DNA from: Candidatus Saccharimonadales bacterium
GTDB taxonomy: Bacteria; Patescibacteriota; Saccharimonadia; Saccharimonadales; OMJO01
Reading direction: 5' to 3'
Length of the DNA: 64,000 bases
NCBI GenBank assembly: GCA_035480035.1
Contig: DATIID010000001.1
Span: forward strand, 457,323-521,322
Part shown: in pieces, positions 8,375 through 15,798 of the stretch
Numbering within the stretch: the first letter of the stretch is position 1
How the letters are laid out: every line of letters starts with the position of its first letter
The notes under the pieces: model-generated
What the model saw: only the letters and a program-made list of their open reading frames with translations
Databases searched by the model: none
What the model was told of the DNA's origin: nothing
Position numbers and translations under genes: made by a program

Positions 8375-10564
8375 ATGAGATCAATTTTAGCTAAACTTAA
8401 GCGAAATACACGTAAATTTAGAACTATATCCTTTACGGCTATTGGTGTCTTAGGTGTCACCGGTAGTATTTTGATGCAAGCTTATGCTGCAACCATCAAT
8501 ACTTCGCCAGCAGCTAAAGTCTCATTTACCTTCGATGATGGGTTGACCAGTGCTGCTACCCAAGCTGCACCAACTCTTCAAAAATATGGTCTGACCGCCA
8601 CGGATTACGTAATAACTGGCTGTGTTGGTATGACAACTGCTCCAAACACTTGTCACGCCAACACTGATGCCAGTTATATGACTTGGGATCAAATTAATCA
8701 GCTTAAGAACACTTACGGTTGGGAAATTGGTGCTCACACCGTAACTCACCCTTATTTAGCTAGTTTCGATGCCAGTGATGGTCAGCCAAACCCCTTGACT
8801 ATGGACCAAGTTAAGCAAGAGTTAACTCAAAGTAAAGCCGATTTAGCGACTCACGGTATTACAGCTACTGATATGGCAACTCCTTATGGTGACTACAATA
8901 TGCCTGTTTTAGCTGAAATTGCTAAAAATTATCAATCTCAACGTGGTTTTGCTGATACCGGTTATAATGGCTGGCCAAACAGTGATTACTTAATCCGTGA
9001 ACAACAGGTTCAGGGCGGCGTTAGCGTAGCTACAGTCAAGAGTTATATTGATTCGGCAATTGCTAATAAGCAATGGTTAGTGTTGGTATTCCACGACATT
9101 ATGACTAACGCTAGTACCAATCCGGACGACTACCAGTACAGCACATCTAACTTAGACCAAATTGCCGCATACGTTAAGTCGAAGAGTTTACCGGCAGTTA
9201 ATGTAACTGACGGATTAGTTAAAAGTGATGTGAATCTGTTGCCAAATGCCAGCTTTAACAGTGGTATAAGCGGTGGTTGGACGACTGATTCAGCGAATGT
9301 GAGCGGTGACGGAGGCAACAACGGCAGTTACCCCGATCCTCTAAACTCGGTCAAGATGGTTGGCGGCACTCAAGCTGTTCATTTGTTTTCACCAAAAATT
9401 ACAGTTGATCCGAGTACAACCTACATGCTGAAGAGTTTTCTAAACGTTCAGAAGATTACCAGTGGTGAAGTCGGCTATTACATTGATGAGTATGATGCCA
9501 ACGGTAACTGGGTATCAGGCCAGTTCAAGGCGGCCGAGCACTCAGTTTTTGTCGAAGAGATGAATTTCTCTTACAAACCAACCTCAGCTAATGTTCGTAG
9601 TGCCAGTTTGCAGGTTTATACCACTGCTAACTCTGGTGTGACTGCATACCTTGATAATGCTCAGTGGTTTCCATTAACAACCGGAACTGTTACTCCTGCT
9701 AATTTAGCTTTGAATCATCCAGCCACATCTTCAAGTGTTAGTGGTACGGGTTTTGAAGCTGCTAAAGCCGTTGACGGTAATAGCGGTACAAGTTGGAATA
9801 GTGTTAGTCGTACTGACCCTCAGTGGTTACAAATTGATCTTGGCTCTACAACTAACATCAATCAAGTGACGGTTAACTGGGTGTCAAGTAATTACGCCAA
9901 GTCTTACCAGATACAAGTTTCAAATGATGCTACTAACTGGACAAACATCTATAGCACTACATCTGGGACTGGCGGAACCAATGATTTGACTGGTTTAAGC
10001 GGCAGTGGTCGTTACGTTAGGATATACGGTACAGCTCGGAGTGCCCGAAAAGGTAGTTACTCCTTGTCAGAAGTGTCGGTATATGGCACAGCAACGACTG
10101 TACCGGCTCCAACTACCGACCTAATGACAAATGGTAATTTTGATACTGGCATCAGTAATGGCTGGACAACTGATTCAGCAACTAGTGTTACGGCCGACAA
10201 TCAAAGTAATGGTAGTGTGGCTAACCCGATTAACTCGGTTAAAATAACTTCTGCGGCCACAAACGTACATTTGTTTTCACCAAAGATTACGGTCGACTCA
10301 ACTAAAACCTACAGTTTGAGTGCTTTTCTAAACCTTAAAGCCCGTACTTCAGGTGAAACAGGTTTTTACATTGACGAATATGACGCCAACGGTAACTGGA
10401 TATCAGGCCAGTGGAAGCTTGCAGTGACAAGCTTAGGCAGTGGAACTTTCCAAATTAGCTACAAACCAACGTCTGCAAATGTTAAGCAATCTAGTCTTCA
10501 GATTTACACTACAGCTAACTCTGGTATTACAGCTTACGTCGACGACGTTAAGTGGTTACAGTAA
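8375..10564 (+). CDS. secreted polysaccharide deacetylase (CE4/NodB) with two CBM-like modules flanking an F5/8 type C (discoidin) domain
   Basis: It has a signal peptide, the CE4 motifs FTFDDG and HTVTHPYL, a discoidin-like block (AVDGNSGTSWNS...WLQIDLG...YQIQVSNDATNW) and two homologous ~145-aa modules. Confidence 0.8.
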   Translation: MRSILAKLKRNTRKFRTISFTAIGVLGVTGSILMQAYAATINTSPAAKVSFTFDDGLTSAATQAAPTLQKYGLTATDYVITGCVGMTTAPNTCHANTDASYMTWDQINQLKNTYGWEIGAHTVTHPYLASFDASDGQPNPLTMDQVKQELTQSKADLATHGITATDMATPYGDYNMPVLAEIAKNYQSQRGFADTGYNGWPNSDYLIREQQVQGGVSVATVKSYIDSAIANKQWLVLVFHDIMTNASTNPDDYQYSTSNLDQIAAYVKSKSLPAVNVTDGLVKSDVNLLPNASFNSGISGGWTTDSANVSGDGGNNGSYPDPLNSVKMVGGTQAVHLFSPKITVDPSTTYMLKSFLNVQKITSGEVGYYIDEYDANGNWVSGQFKAAEHSVFVEEMNFSYKPTSANVRSASLQVYTTANSGVTAYLDNAQWFPLTTGTVTPANLALNHPATSSSVSGTGFEAAKAVDGNSGTSWNSVSRTDPQWLQIDLGSTTNINQVTVNWVSSNYAKSYQIQVSNDATNWTNIYSTTSGTGGTNDLTGLSGSGRYVRIYGTARSARKGSYSLSEVSVYGTATTVPAPTTDLMTNGNFDTGISNGWTTDSATSVTADNQSNGSVANPINSVKITSAATNVHLFSPKITVDSTKTYSLSAFLNLKARTSGETGFYIDEYDANGNWISGQWKLAVTSLGSGTFQISYKPTSANVKQSSLQIYTTANSGITAYVDDVKWLQ
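9233..9675 (+). repeat. intragenic duplicated module, copy 1 (CBM-like)
   Basis: Protein NLLPNASFNSGISGGWTTDS...YIDEYDANGNWVSGQ...YKPTSANV...YTTANSGVTAYLD parallels copy 2. DNA similarity is visible, e.g. gatgccaacggtaactgggtatcaggccag. Confidence 0.8.
10118..10561 (+). repeat. intragenic duplicated module, copy 2 (CBM-like)
   Basis: Protein DLMTNGNFDTGISNGWTTDS...YIDEYDANGNWISGQ...YKPTSANV...YTTANSGITAYVD. DNA example: gacgccaacggtaactggatatcaggccag. Confidence 0.8.
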
Positions 10565-10582
10565 GATACAGAAACTGCTAAT

Positions 10583-10615
10583 AAAAAGTCCCTCGTAGCG
10601 AGGGGCTTTTTATTT
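10583..10615. terminator. bidirectional rho-independent terminator
   Basis: The sequence is aaaaa-GTCCCTCG-tag-CGAGGGGC-ttttt. An A-run on one side and a T-run on the other let it serve both the CE4 gene (+) and tRNA-His (-). Confidence 0.7.
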
Positions 10616-10691
10616 GGGGCGAACGATGGGGCTCGAACCCACGACATCCAGGACCACAACCTAGCGCTCTACCTACTGAGCTACGTCCGCC
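10615..10691 (-). tRNA. tRNA-His (GTG)
   Basis: Reverse complement: G-GCGGACG TAGCTCAGTAGGTAGAGC..CTAGG-TTGTGGT-CCTGG..GTGGGTTCGAGCCCCAT CGTTCGC-C-CCA. The extra G-1 paired to C73 is typical of tRNA-His. CCA is encoded. Confidence 0.9.
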
Positions 10692-10702
10692 GAACTGGGG
10701 TG

Positions 10703-10731
10703 ATTATAACGTGGTATATCTGTTAATGCAA
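10703..10731 (-). promoter_or_regulatory. candidate promoter of tRNA-His
   Basis: On the minus strand: TTGCAT, 17 nt, TATAAT. The -10 ends 11 nt before the tRNA 5' end. Confidence 0.5.
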
Positions 10732-10735
10732 TAAA

Positions 10736-10840
10736 CTACAAAGACAGAATTATCTCGGCGCCAATCAAAGCAACAGCGCCAATACCTAGCCAGCGCAACC
10801 ACTTCTTCTTATTCGGGTTCGACGGATCTCTCTCAGCCAT
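10736..10840 (-). CDS. possible 34-aa single-TM micro-protein
   Basis: MAERDPSNPNKKKWLRWLGIGAVALIGAEIILSL is below the ORF-track cutoff. TAAAAT lies 6 nt upstream of the ATG. There is no homology evidence. Confidence 0.25.
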   Translation of the reverse strand: MAERDPSNPNKKKWLRWLGIGAVALIGAEIILSL

Positions 10841-10919
10841 ACTTATATTTTACACTTATGGACAATTATTTGCTTAGTCTAAGTTATCTCAACTAAGCCA
10901 AAATTATGCCAATACGTGT

Positions 10920-11162
10920 TTAGTCGCCGGTATATTCGTGTTCAGGCATTAGATGTGCATGGTCATCTCGAACAATTCTGACAACAACTGCTCCAAAGAA
11001 CTTTTCTTTTATCCAATCGGCTTTTTCACCCGTACCAGTACAGTATTTGCCTGTGATTATACTTTCCATTTCACCAAGTGTTCGGGCCCAATCAGAAATT
11101 TGTGCGTATTCACCTTCAGTTGTAATAACGGTTGCGGTCATTCTTTCACGATCATCACTCAT
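10920..11162 (-). CDS. hypothetical protein (80 aa)
   Basis: This is the only long ORF in the tRNA-rich gap. TAAAAT lies 11 nt upstream of the ATG, and no family is recognised. Confidence 0.45.
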   Translation of the reverse strand: MSDDRERMTATVITTEGEYAQISDWARTLGEMESIITGKYCTGTGEKADWIKEKFFGAVVVRIVRDDHAHLMPEHEYTGD

Positions 11163-11251
11163 TGTGAAGTTATATTTTAAACTACTATCTTAAGCGTGCA
11201 AGCATAAGTACTAATGAGAATTTGATATTGATGTCAATGATGATCTATATT

Positions 11252-11327
11252 TGGTACCCCGGGAGGGAATCGAACCCCCAACCTTATGGTTAGAACCCAT
11301 CTGCTCTATCCGTTGAGCTACCGGGGC
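11252..11327 (-). tRNA. tRNA-Arg (TCT)
   Basis: Reverse complement: GCCCCGG TAGCTCAACGGATAGAGC A GATGG-GTTCTAA-CCATA ..GGGGGTTCGATTCCCTC CCGGGGT A CCA. Confidence 0.88.
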
Positions 11328-11332
11328 TTAAA

Positions 11333-11407
11333 TGGTGCGGGATGGGGTAGTCGAAACCCCGTCCTCAGTTTGGAAAACTGATATATTAGCCGTTATACGA
11401 ATCCCGC
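11333..11407 (-). tRNA. tRNA-Gly (TCC)
   Basis: Reverse complement: GCGGGAT..TCAGT-TTTCCAA-ACTGA..GGGGTTTCGACTACCCC ATCCCGC A CCA. Confidence 0.88.
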
Positions 11408-11467
11408 AAGGACGGGCTTATTATAACAGGTTATCTCTGTTACAATAGAAGGAAGAATTGGAGTTTT

Positions 11468-13315
11468 ATGCTAAAAAAATTGTGGCAGTTCTTTAAAGAG
11501 TACAAATGGTTGGGCATTGTCATCATTGCCTTGATTATGGCTCTAGTCCTAGAGTTTAGTAAACGTCATGTTTTGGCTCATTGGATTTTAGGGGTAATCT
11601 CAATTATCGCCACCTTGCCACTACTATGGGACATGATAGAAACCATCCGAAGTGGTGGCTATGGTCTCGACATTTTAGCGGTTACTGCCATTGTAGCTTC
11701 GGTAGCCCTGGGTGAATACTGGGCAGGCATTATTATTGTTTTGATGCTAACTGGCGGCGAAGCATTGGAGGACTATGCTGAGGAACGCGCCAAGATCGAA
11801 CTAACGGATTTACTAAAGCGTAAACCGCTCAAAGCTCATCGAATTAAAGGTAATAGAACTTCCGACGTATCGGTTAAACAAATTGCGGTTGGTGACAAAC
11901 TAGTAATTTATCCTGGTGAAGTCGTGCCGGTTGACGGTGTGATTGTTGAAGGCACTTCCAGTTTTGACGAATCGAGTCTTACTGGTGAAAGTTTGCCAGC
12001 CGTTAAGAATATCGAGGACCAACTACTTAGTGGTTCGATTAACATTGAGGGCGCAGTGACTGTCCGTGCTCTGCATACAGCGGCTGATAGTCAGTTTGAG
12101 CAAATAATTAAGCTAGTTAAAGCTGCTGCTTCAAGTCAATCACCATTTGTCCGGTTAGCTGATAAATACAGCATCCCCTTCACAGTTACGGCTTTCATTA
12201 TCGCTGGTGCGGCTTGGGTAATTTCGGGCCAACCAATTCGTTTTTTGGAAGTGTTAGTCGTCGCGACACCATGTCCTTTGTTATTAGCTGCGCCAATTGC
12301 TTTAATCTCGGGGATGAGTCGCTCGGCTAAACACGGCATTATTGTTAAAACTGGCTCAGCCCTAGAAAAACTAGCTCAGATCAAAACTATCGCCTTTGAT
12401 AAAACTGGCACCTTAACTCAAGGCCGCCCAACTGTTAGTACTGTCCAAAGTTTTAACTCTTTCTCTGGTCAAGAAGTACTTGGCCTGGCCGCTGCTCTTG
12501 AACAAAATTCAACACATGTTTTGGCCCAGTCTATTACATCAGCGGCCCAAAAAAAATCAATTAAAATTCCAAAAGCCAAACAGATCAAGGAGATAGCTGG
12601 ACACGGCTTATCTGGACGAGTGCAGGGTAAGACGGTTTTAGTTGGCAGATTATCGCTTCTTAGAGAACATGATGTTTCAATCCCGAAATCAGCCAAATTG
12701 GAATCAATTCAACAAACTGCTACTTTTGTGTCGATTAACGACCGACTAGCCGGCGTAATTAGCTTTAAGGATGAGCTACGACCGGACGCCAAAAACATGC
12801 TTAAGCGTCTGCGATCAATCGGTATTAAGCATACCTTGATGGTCACTGGTGATAATGAAGCTACGGCTAAAAATATTGCCAAGCAAGTTGGGATTGAGGA
12901 TGTTAGAGCCAATTGTTTGCCGGCCGACAAACTGCGGGCCATTGAAGCAATAAAGTACAGACCTGTGGCGTTTGTCGGTGATGGCGTTAACGACGCTCCG
13001 GTTTTAACGGCTTCGGATGTTGGCATTGCTTTGGGTGCTCGTGGCTCAACCGCTGCCAGTGAGTCGGCTGATGTCGTTATTATGCTTGATGATATTAGTA
13101 AGGTCGCCACTGGCATCGAGATTGCTAACCGCACCTTTTACATTGCCAAGCAAAGCATTTTAGTTGGTATATTTATTAGTCTTGGGCTGATGGGCGTGTT
13201 CTTTACTGGGAAATTCAAACCAGTTTACGGAGCGGTGCTACAGGAGTTTGTTGACGTTACAGTTATCTTCAATGCGCTGCGAGCCCACGGTTCGTGGCGT
13301 ACCAAATCATCCTAA
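11468..13315 (+). CDS. heavy-metal P1B-type ATPase without an N-terminal metal-binding domain, TPCP transmembrane motif
   Basis: It has DKTGTLT, TGDN and GDGVNDAP, the TM motif VVATPCPLLLAAP, and no HMA (CxxC) domain. A GGAG SD precedes the ATG. Confidence 0.88.
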   Translation: MLKKLWQFFKEYKWLGIVIIALIMALVLEFSKRHVLAHWILGVISIIATLPLLWDMIETIRSGGYGLDILAVTAIVASVALGEYWAGIIIVLMLTGGEALEDYAEERAKIELTDLLKRKPLKAHRIKGNRTSDVSVKQIAVGDKLVIYPGEVVPVDGVIVEGTSSFDESSLTGESLPAVKNIEDQLLSGSINIEGAVTVRALHTAADSQFEQIIKLVKAAASSQSPFVRLADKYSIPFTVTAFIIAGAAWVISGQPIRFLEVLVVATPCPLLLAAPIALISGMSRSAKHGIIVKTGSALEKLAQIKTIAFDKTGTLTQGRPTVSTVQSFNSFSGQEVLGLAAALEQNSTHVLAQSITSAAQKKSIKIPKAKQIKEIAGHGLSGRVQGKTVLVGRLSLLREHDVSIPKSAKLESIQQTATFVSINDRLAGVISFKDELRPDAKNMLKRLRSIGIKHTLMVTGDNEATAKNIAKQVGIEDVRANCLPADKLRAIEAIKYRPVAFVGDGVNDAPVLTASDVGIALGARGSTAASESADVVIMLDDISKVATGIEIANRTFYIAKQSILVGIFISLGLMGVFFTGKFKPVYGAVLQEFVDVTVIFNALRAHGSWRTKSS

Positions 13316-13939
13316 CAAAGCTAGGATAGCAAGTGGGATTAATAAGTTGTCTGAACCAAAGGCGCCGAGGTTTTCAGCGACTGTGGTCATGAGTGGTAAT
13401 AAATAAATAGCAATGTTGCTGGATGAAGCTGCGGCTTCCGGTGAAATTAATAGTGCTGAGCCGACCAGAATGACCGAGGTAACGAAAAACGCAAAGCTGC
13501 CAGCGATTGATTTTTTTTGACCAAAAACTGTGTAAGTATTATTTGTGCCGTATCGCTTACCAACTAATGCTGCTGCTGCATCAGCAAAACCAAGGTGTAA
13601 AATTGCCAATATAAAAACCCAGCGTGGTGCACCCAGAATTAATATCAATATTACGCCAGCCGGAAAATAAAACTCACCCCAAGTTTTGCGACCAACATCG
13701 TGCTGACTTTTAAATAATTTGTAGCGTCGCGAGATTATCGCCATGAGGAAGAAAATAACTTCAGCTGACACAATAATCCAGCGTTGAGTCAAATAAATTA
13801 AGGCCAGCAGAATTAGACCATGGGTAATGTGAATCGATTTGCGTGTAGTTTCAGTTACAATTAATTGTTTTTTATGAAAATATTCAGCTGCTAGAACGAC
13901 AGACAAACCAATAAAGCAACAGACAATAAGTGCAAGCAT
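13307..13939 (-). CDS. polyprenol/dolichol kinase - CDP-diglyceride-synthase superfamily membrane protein
   Basis: It is a multi-TM protein. GFADAAAALVGKRYG...KKSIAGSFAFF resembles the CTP-dependent polyprenol kinase/CdsA family signature. There is a 9-nt convergent overlap with the ATPase. Confidence 0.55.
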   Translation of the reverse strand: MLALIVCCFIGLSVVLAAEYFHKKQLIVTETTRKSIHITHGLILLALIYLTQRWIIVSAEVIFFLMAIISRRYKLFKSQHDVGRKTWGEFYFPAGVILILILGAPRWVFILAILHLGFADAAAALVGKRYGTNNTYTVFGQKKSIAGSFAFFVTSVILVGSALLISPEAAASSSNIAIYLLPLMTTVAENLGAFGSDNLLIPLAILALLG

Positions 13940-13981
13940 TAGGTCTATTATACTTAAAAATATTTAATCCTTAGCAAATAA

Positions 13982-14058
13982 TGGTCGGGGATGCGGGATT
14001 TGAACCCACGACCTCCGCGTCCCGAACGCGGCGCGCTACCAGGCTGCGCTAATCCCCG
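13982..14058 (-). tRNA. tRNA-Pro (CGG)
   Basis: Reverse complement: CGGGGAT TAGCGCAGCCTGGTAGCGC G CCGCG-TTCGGGA-CGCGG ..GTGGGTTCAAATCCCGC ATCCCCG A CCA. Confidence 0.9.
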
Positions 14059-14120
14059 AGAATGCCAGCATTATACCAACTAATAGAATACTGGCTAATA
14101 AATCTATTGGTTTTTGTAAA

Positions 14121-15524
14121 TCATTCAAGAACCGTATCAAGTGGGTGCAAATATATTCTGTCAGTACCAGACCAGTCAATGTCAACATCCCCGGCTCTTT
14201 CTTGGATCAAATCACCTCGAATCTTTGCCCTGGTATCTACAGGCGGTGAGTTTCGTCTTTTATCGGCAGTACGTGGAGAGTGTTTTGTTTTGAATCCTTG
14301 CCATCCAACGACGTTTTTATTTCTTAAAGTTTCAGCGATACCGCCGCCAATCCAGTCCCATGCATAATCAAAGCGGCACATTTTCTCCGAATACAACTTT
14401 ACACCTTCTTTACCCATCTTCTTGCGCATAGCTATCATTCTGGCAACTGATTCAACCTGGTTAGCAACTGATTCAGGATTGTCCGACATTCTATCCGCAA
14501 CATCAATAATTTCAGGCAAAACTTGTTTAGCCTCATCATCTAGTACTTCCAGTTCTTCATTAGCATCAAGTACAATCTCACATATTTCCTTCAGAATATT
14601 GAGTGGTTTTTCACCCTCATGTTTCTCGTTCTCCCTATATACGGCAATTTGATTCTTATATCCGTATTGACCAACTATATGGGCTGCCTTTACTGGGTTA
14701 CGAAGTATAGGGAAATCAGTGTTTTCATCTTGTTCAATTACTCTTAGTAAAGAATTTGTAATTACCAAGCTAGCCCTCAGCGGCCAAGCAAAGCTTAACG
14801 CATCGCTCGTAACAGTTTCCACGCGGGCTAGTTCGCCATCTTCTTTAAACGGATATCTGACTAATGGTCTCTGTTGGTAGTTTTGATATGTTGCGCCAGT
14901 AATTGATGTGATTGAAAGCCTAGGCGAATGATGAAAATCAGTTTTACCTCTATCGTTTATCAATAAACCACCAGAGCCAAACATTGCACCTTTAGCTACA
15001 TTTAAAGTCGCAAGAGCACTCATAACGATTACTGAAGGAATGTCAGCTGGCAAACTAGTAGTATTGTTAAGATGGATTCCTCGCGAAGTGCGATTATGGT
15101 CGACAATTCTTCTATTTAATTGAAAATCCTGCAACACGCCTGATTCTCTCAAGCGACCAAACAAATCCAGCATTATGTCGTCGCCATCAAATACTCGATG
15201 TACCGCTTCCTCAGCAGTTGACGTTTCGGGTGTTGCATATTCGGGACCACTCGGATCAATGTAAAACCTGCCTCCGTTGGATAACATGCCTGATGGATTA
15301 CTATATAATCCCATATCCTCAAGTACATCAGTTATGCTACTACGATCAATGTGGTCAGTACCTTTTGACTTGGGTTCCTTGTACAGTCCCAAGGGCTCGT
15401 CAATGGAGTGGCACTTGCCAACAATTTCGTATGTCTTATCACCAGGTAGCGTAAACATTGCCGAGTATTCAGTTTCTACTCCGTAGACATTCGGTGTTTC
15501 AGCTCTTTTAGACATGAATGCCAT
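14121..15524 (-). CDS. Pup-ligase/deamidase family protein (PafA/Dop homologue)
   Basis: YGVETEYS (compare GIETEFG), NGGRFYIDPSGPEYATPE (compare NGARLYLDVGSHPEYATAE), and a C-terminal PPVDTRAKIRGDLI...DIDW block as in PafA. GGGAG lies 4 nt before ATG 15524; the longest ORF starts at 15557. Confidence 0.75.
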   Translation of the reverse strand: MAFMSKRAETPNVYGVETEYSAMFTLPGDKTYEIVGKCHSIDEPLGLYKEPKSKGTDHIDRSSITDVLEDMGLYSNPSGMLSNGGRFYIDPSGPEYATPETSTAEEAVHRVFDGDDIMLDLFGRLRESGVLQDFQLNRRIVDHNRTSRGIHLNNTTSLPADIPSVIVMSALATLNVAKGAMFGSGGLLINDRGKTDFHHSPRLSITSITGATYQNYQQRPLVRYPFKEDGELARVETVTSDALSFAWPLRASLVITNSLLRVIEQDENTDFPILRNPVKAAHIVGQYGYKNQIAVYRENEKHEGEKPLNILKEICEIVLDANEELEVLDDEAKQVLPEIIDVADRMSDNPESVANQVESVARMIAMRKKMGKEGVKLYSEKMCRFDYAWDWIGGGIAETLRNKNVVGWQGFKTKHSPRTADKRRNSPPVDTRAKIRGDLIQERAGDVDIDWSGTDRIYLHPLDTVLE

Positions 15525-15560
15525 AATGCTCCCGTTTGTAAAAGCATGCAAGCACAAGCA

Positions 15561-15589
15561 AATAAAAAAGTACTCTGTAAAAGTACTTT
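15561..15589 (-). terminator. AT-rich rho-independent terminator after tRNA-Pro(TGG)
   Basis: On the minus strand: AAAGTACT-tttacag-AGTACTTT followed by TTTATTT. Confidence 0.45.
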
Positions 15590-15594
15590 ATAAA

Positions 15595-15671
15595 TGGTCG
15601 GGGTGAGAGGACTCGAACCTCCGACCTCCGCGTCCCAAACGCGGCGCGCTAGCCAACTGCGCCACACCCCG
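15595..15671 (-). tRNA. tRNA-Pro (TGG)
   Basis: Reverse complement: CGGGGTG TGGCGCAGTTGGCTAGCGC G CCGCG-TTTGGGA-CGCGG ..GGAGGTTCGAGTCCTCT CACCCCG A CCA. Confidence 0.9.
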
Positions 15672-15682
15672 ACACCAAAATA

Positions 15683-15754
15683 AGACAAACCCACGGTTTT
15701 TCTCATCGCTCATCGGCAAAGCCGACCCTAAAGGGCAAGTTCGCTGCTCTTTTC
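15683..15754. repeat. hairpin-rich intergenic element, copy 1 (possible structured RNA)
   Basis: agacaaacc-cac-ggtttttct catcgctca TCGGC-aaa-GCCGA CCCT-aa-AGGG caagttcgctgctcttttc. It is near-identical to 41452-41527 except for the central hairpin. Confidence 0.6.
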
Positions 15755-15798
15755 CCTTTAGTAACAAGGGTAATTTTACTATAAAACCCCTGTTATAG

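Noticed and set aside
12709-13134. 141-aa minus-strand ORF (plus 12136-12339 and 12469-12696) inside the P-type ATPase
   Set aside because: These are antisense to a gene with unambiguous full-length homology and are typical shadow ORFs.
13982-15671. The PafA/Dop gene as a tRNA-targeted genomic island
   Set aside because: There is no integrase, no direct repeat of a tRNA 3' half and no obvious compositional shift. The two tRNA-Pro genes differ in their T-arms and acceptor stems, so they are not att duplications. The context is kept only as a curiosity.
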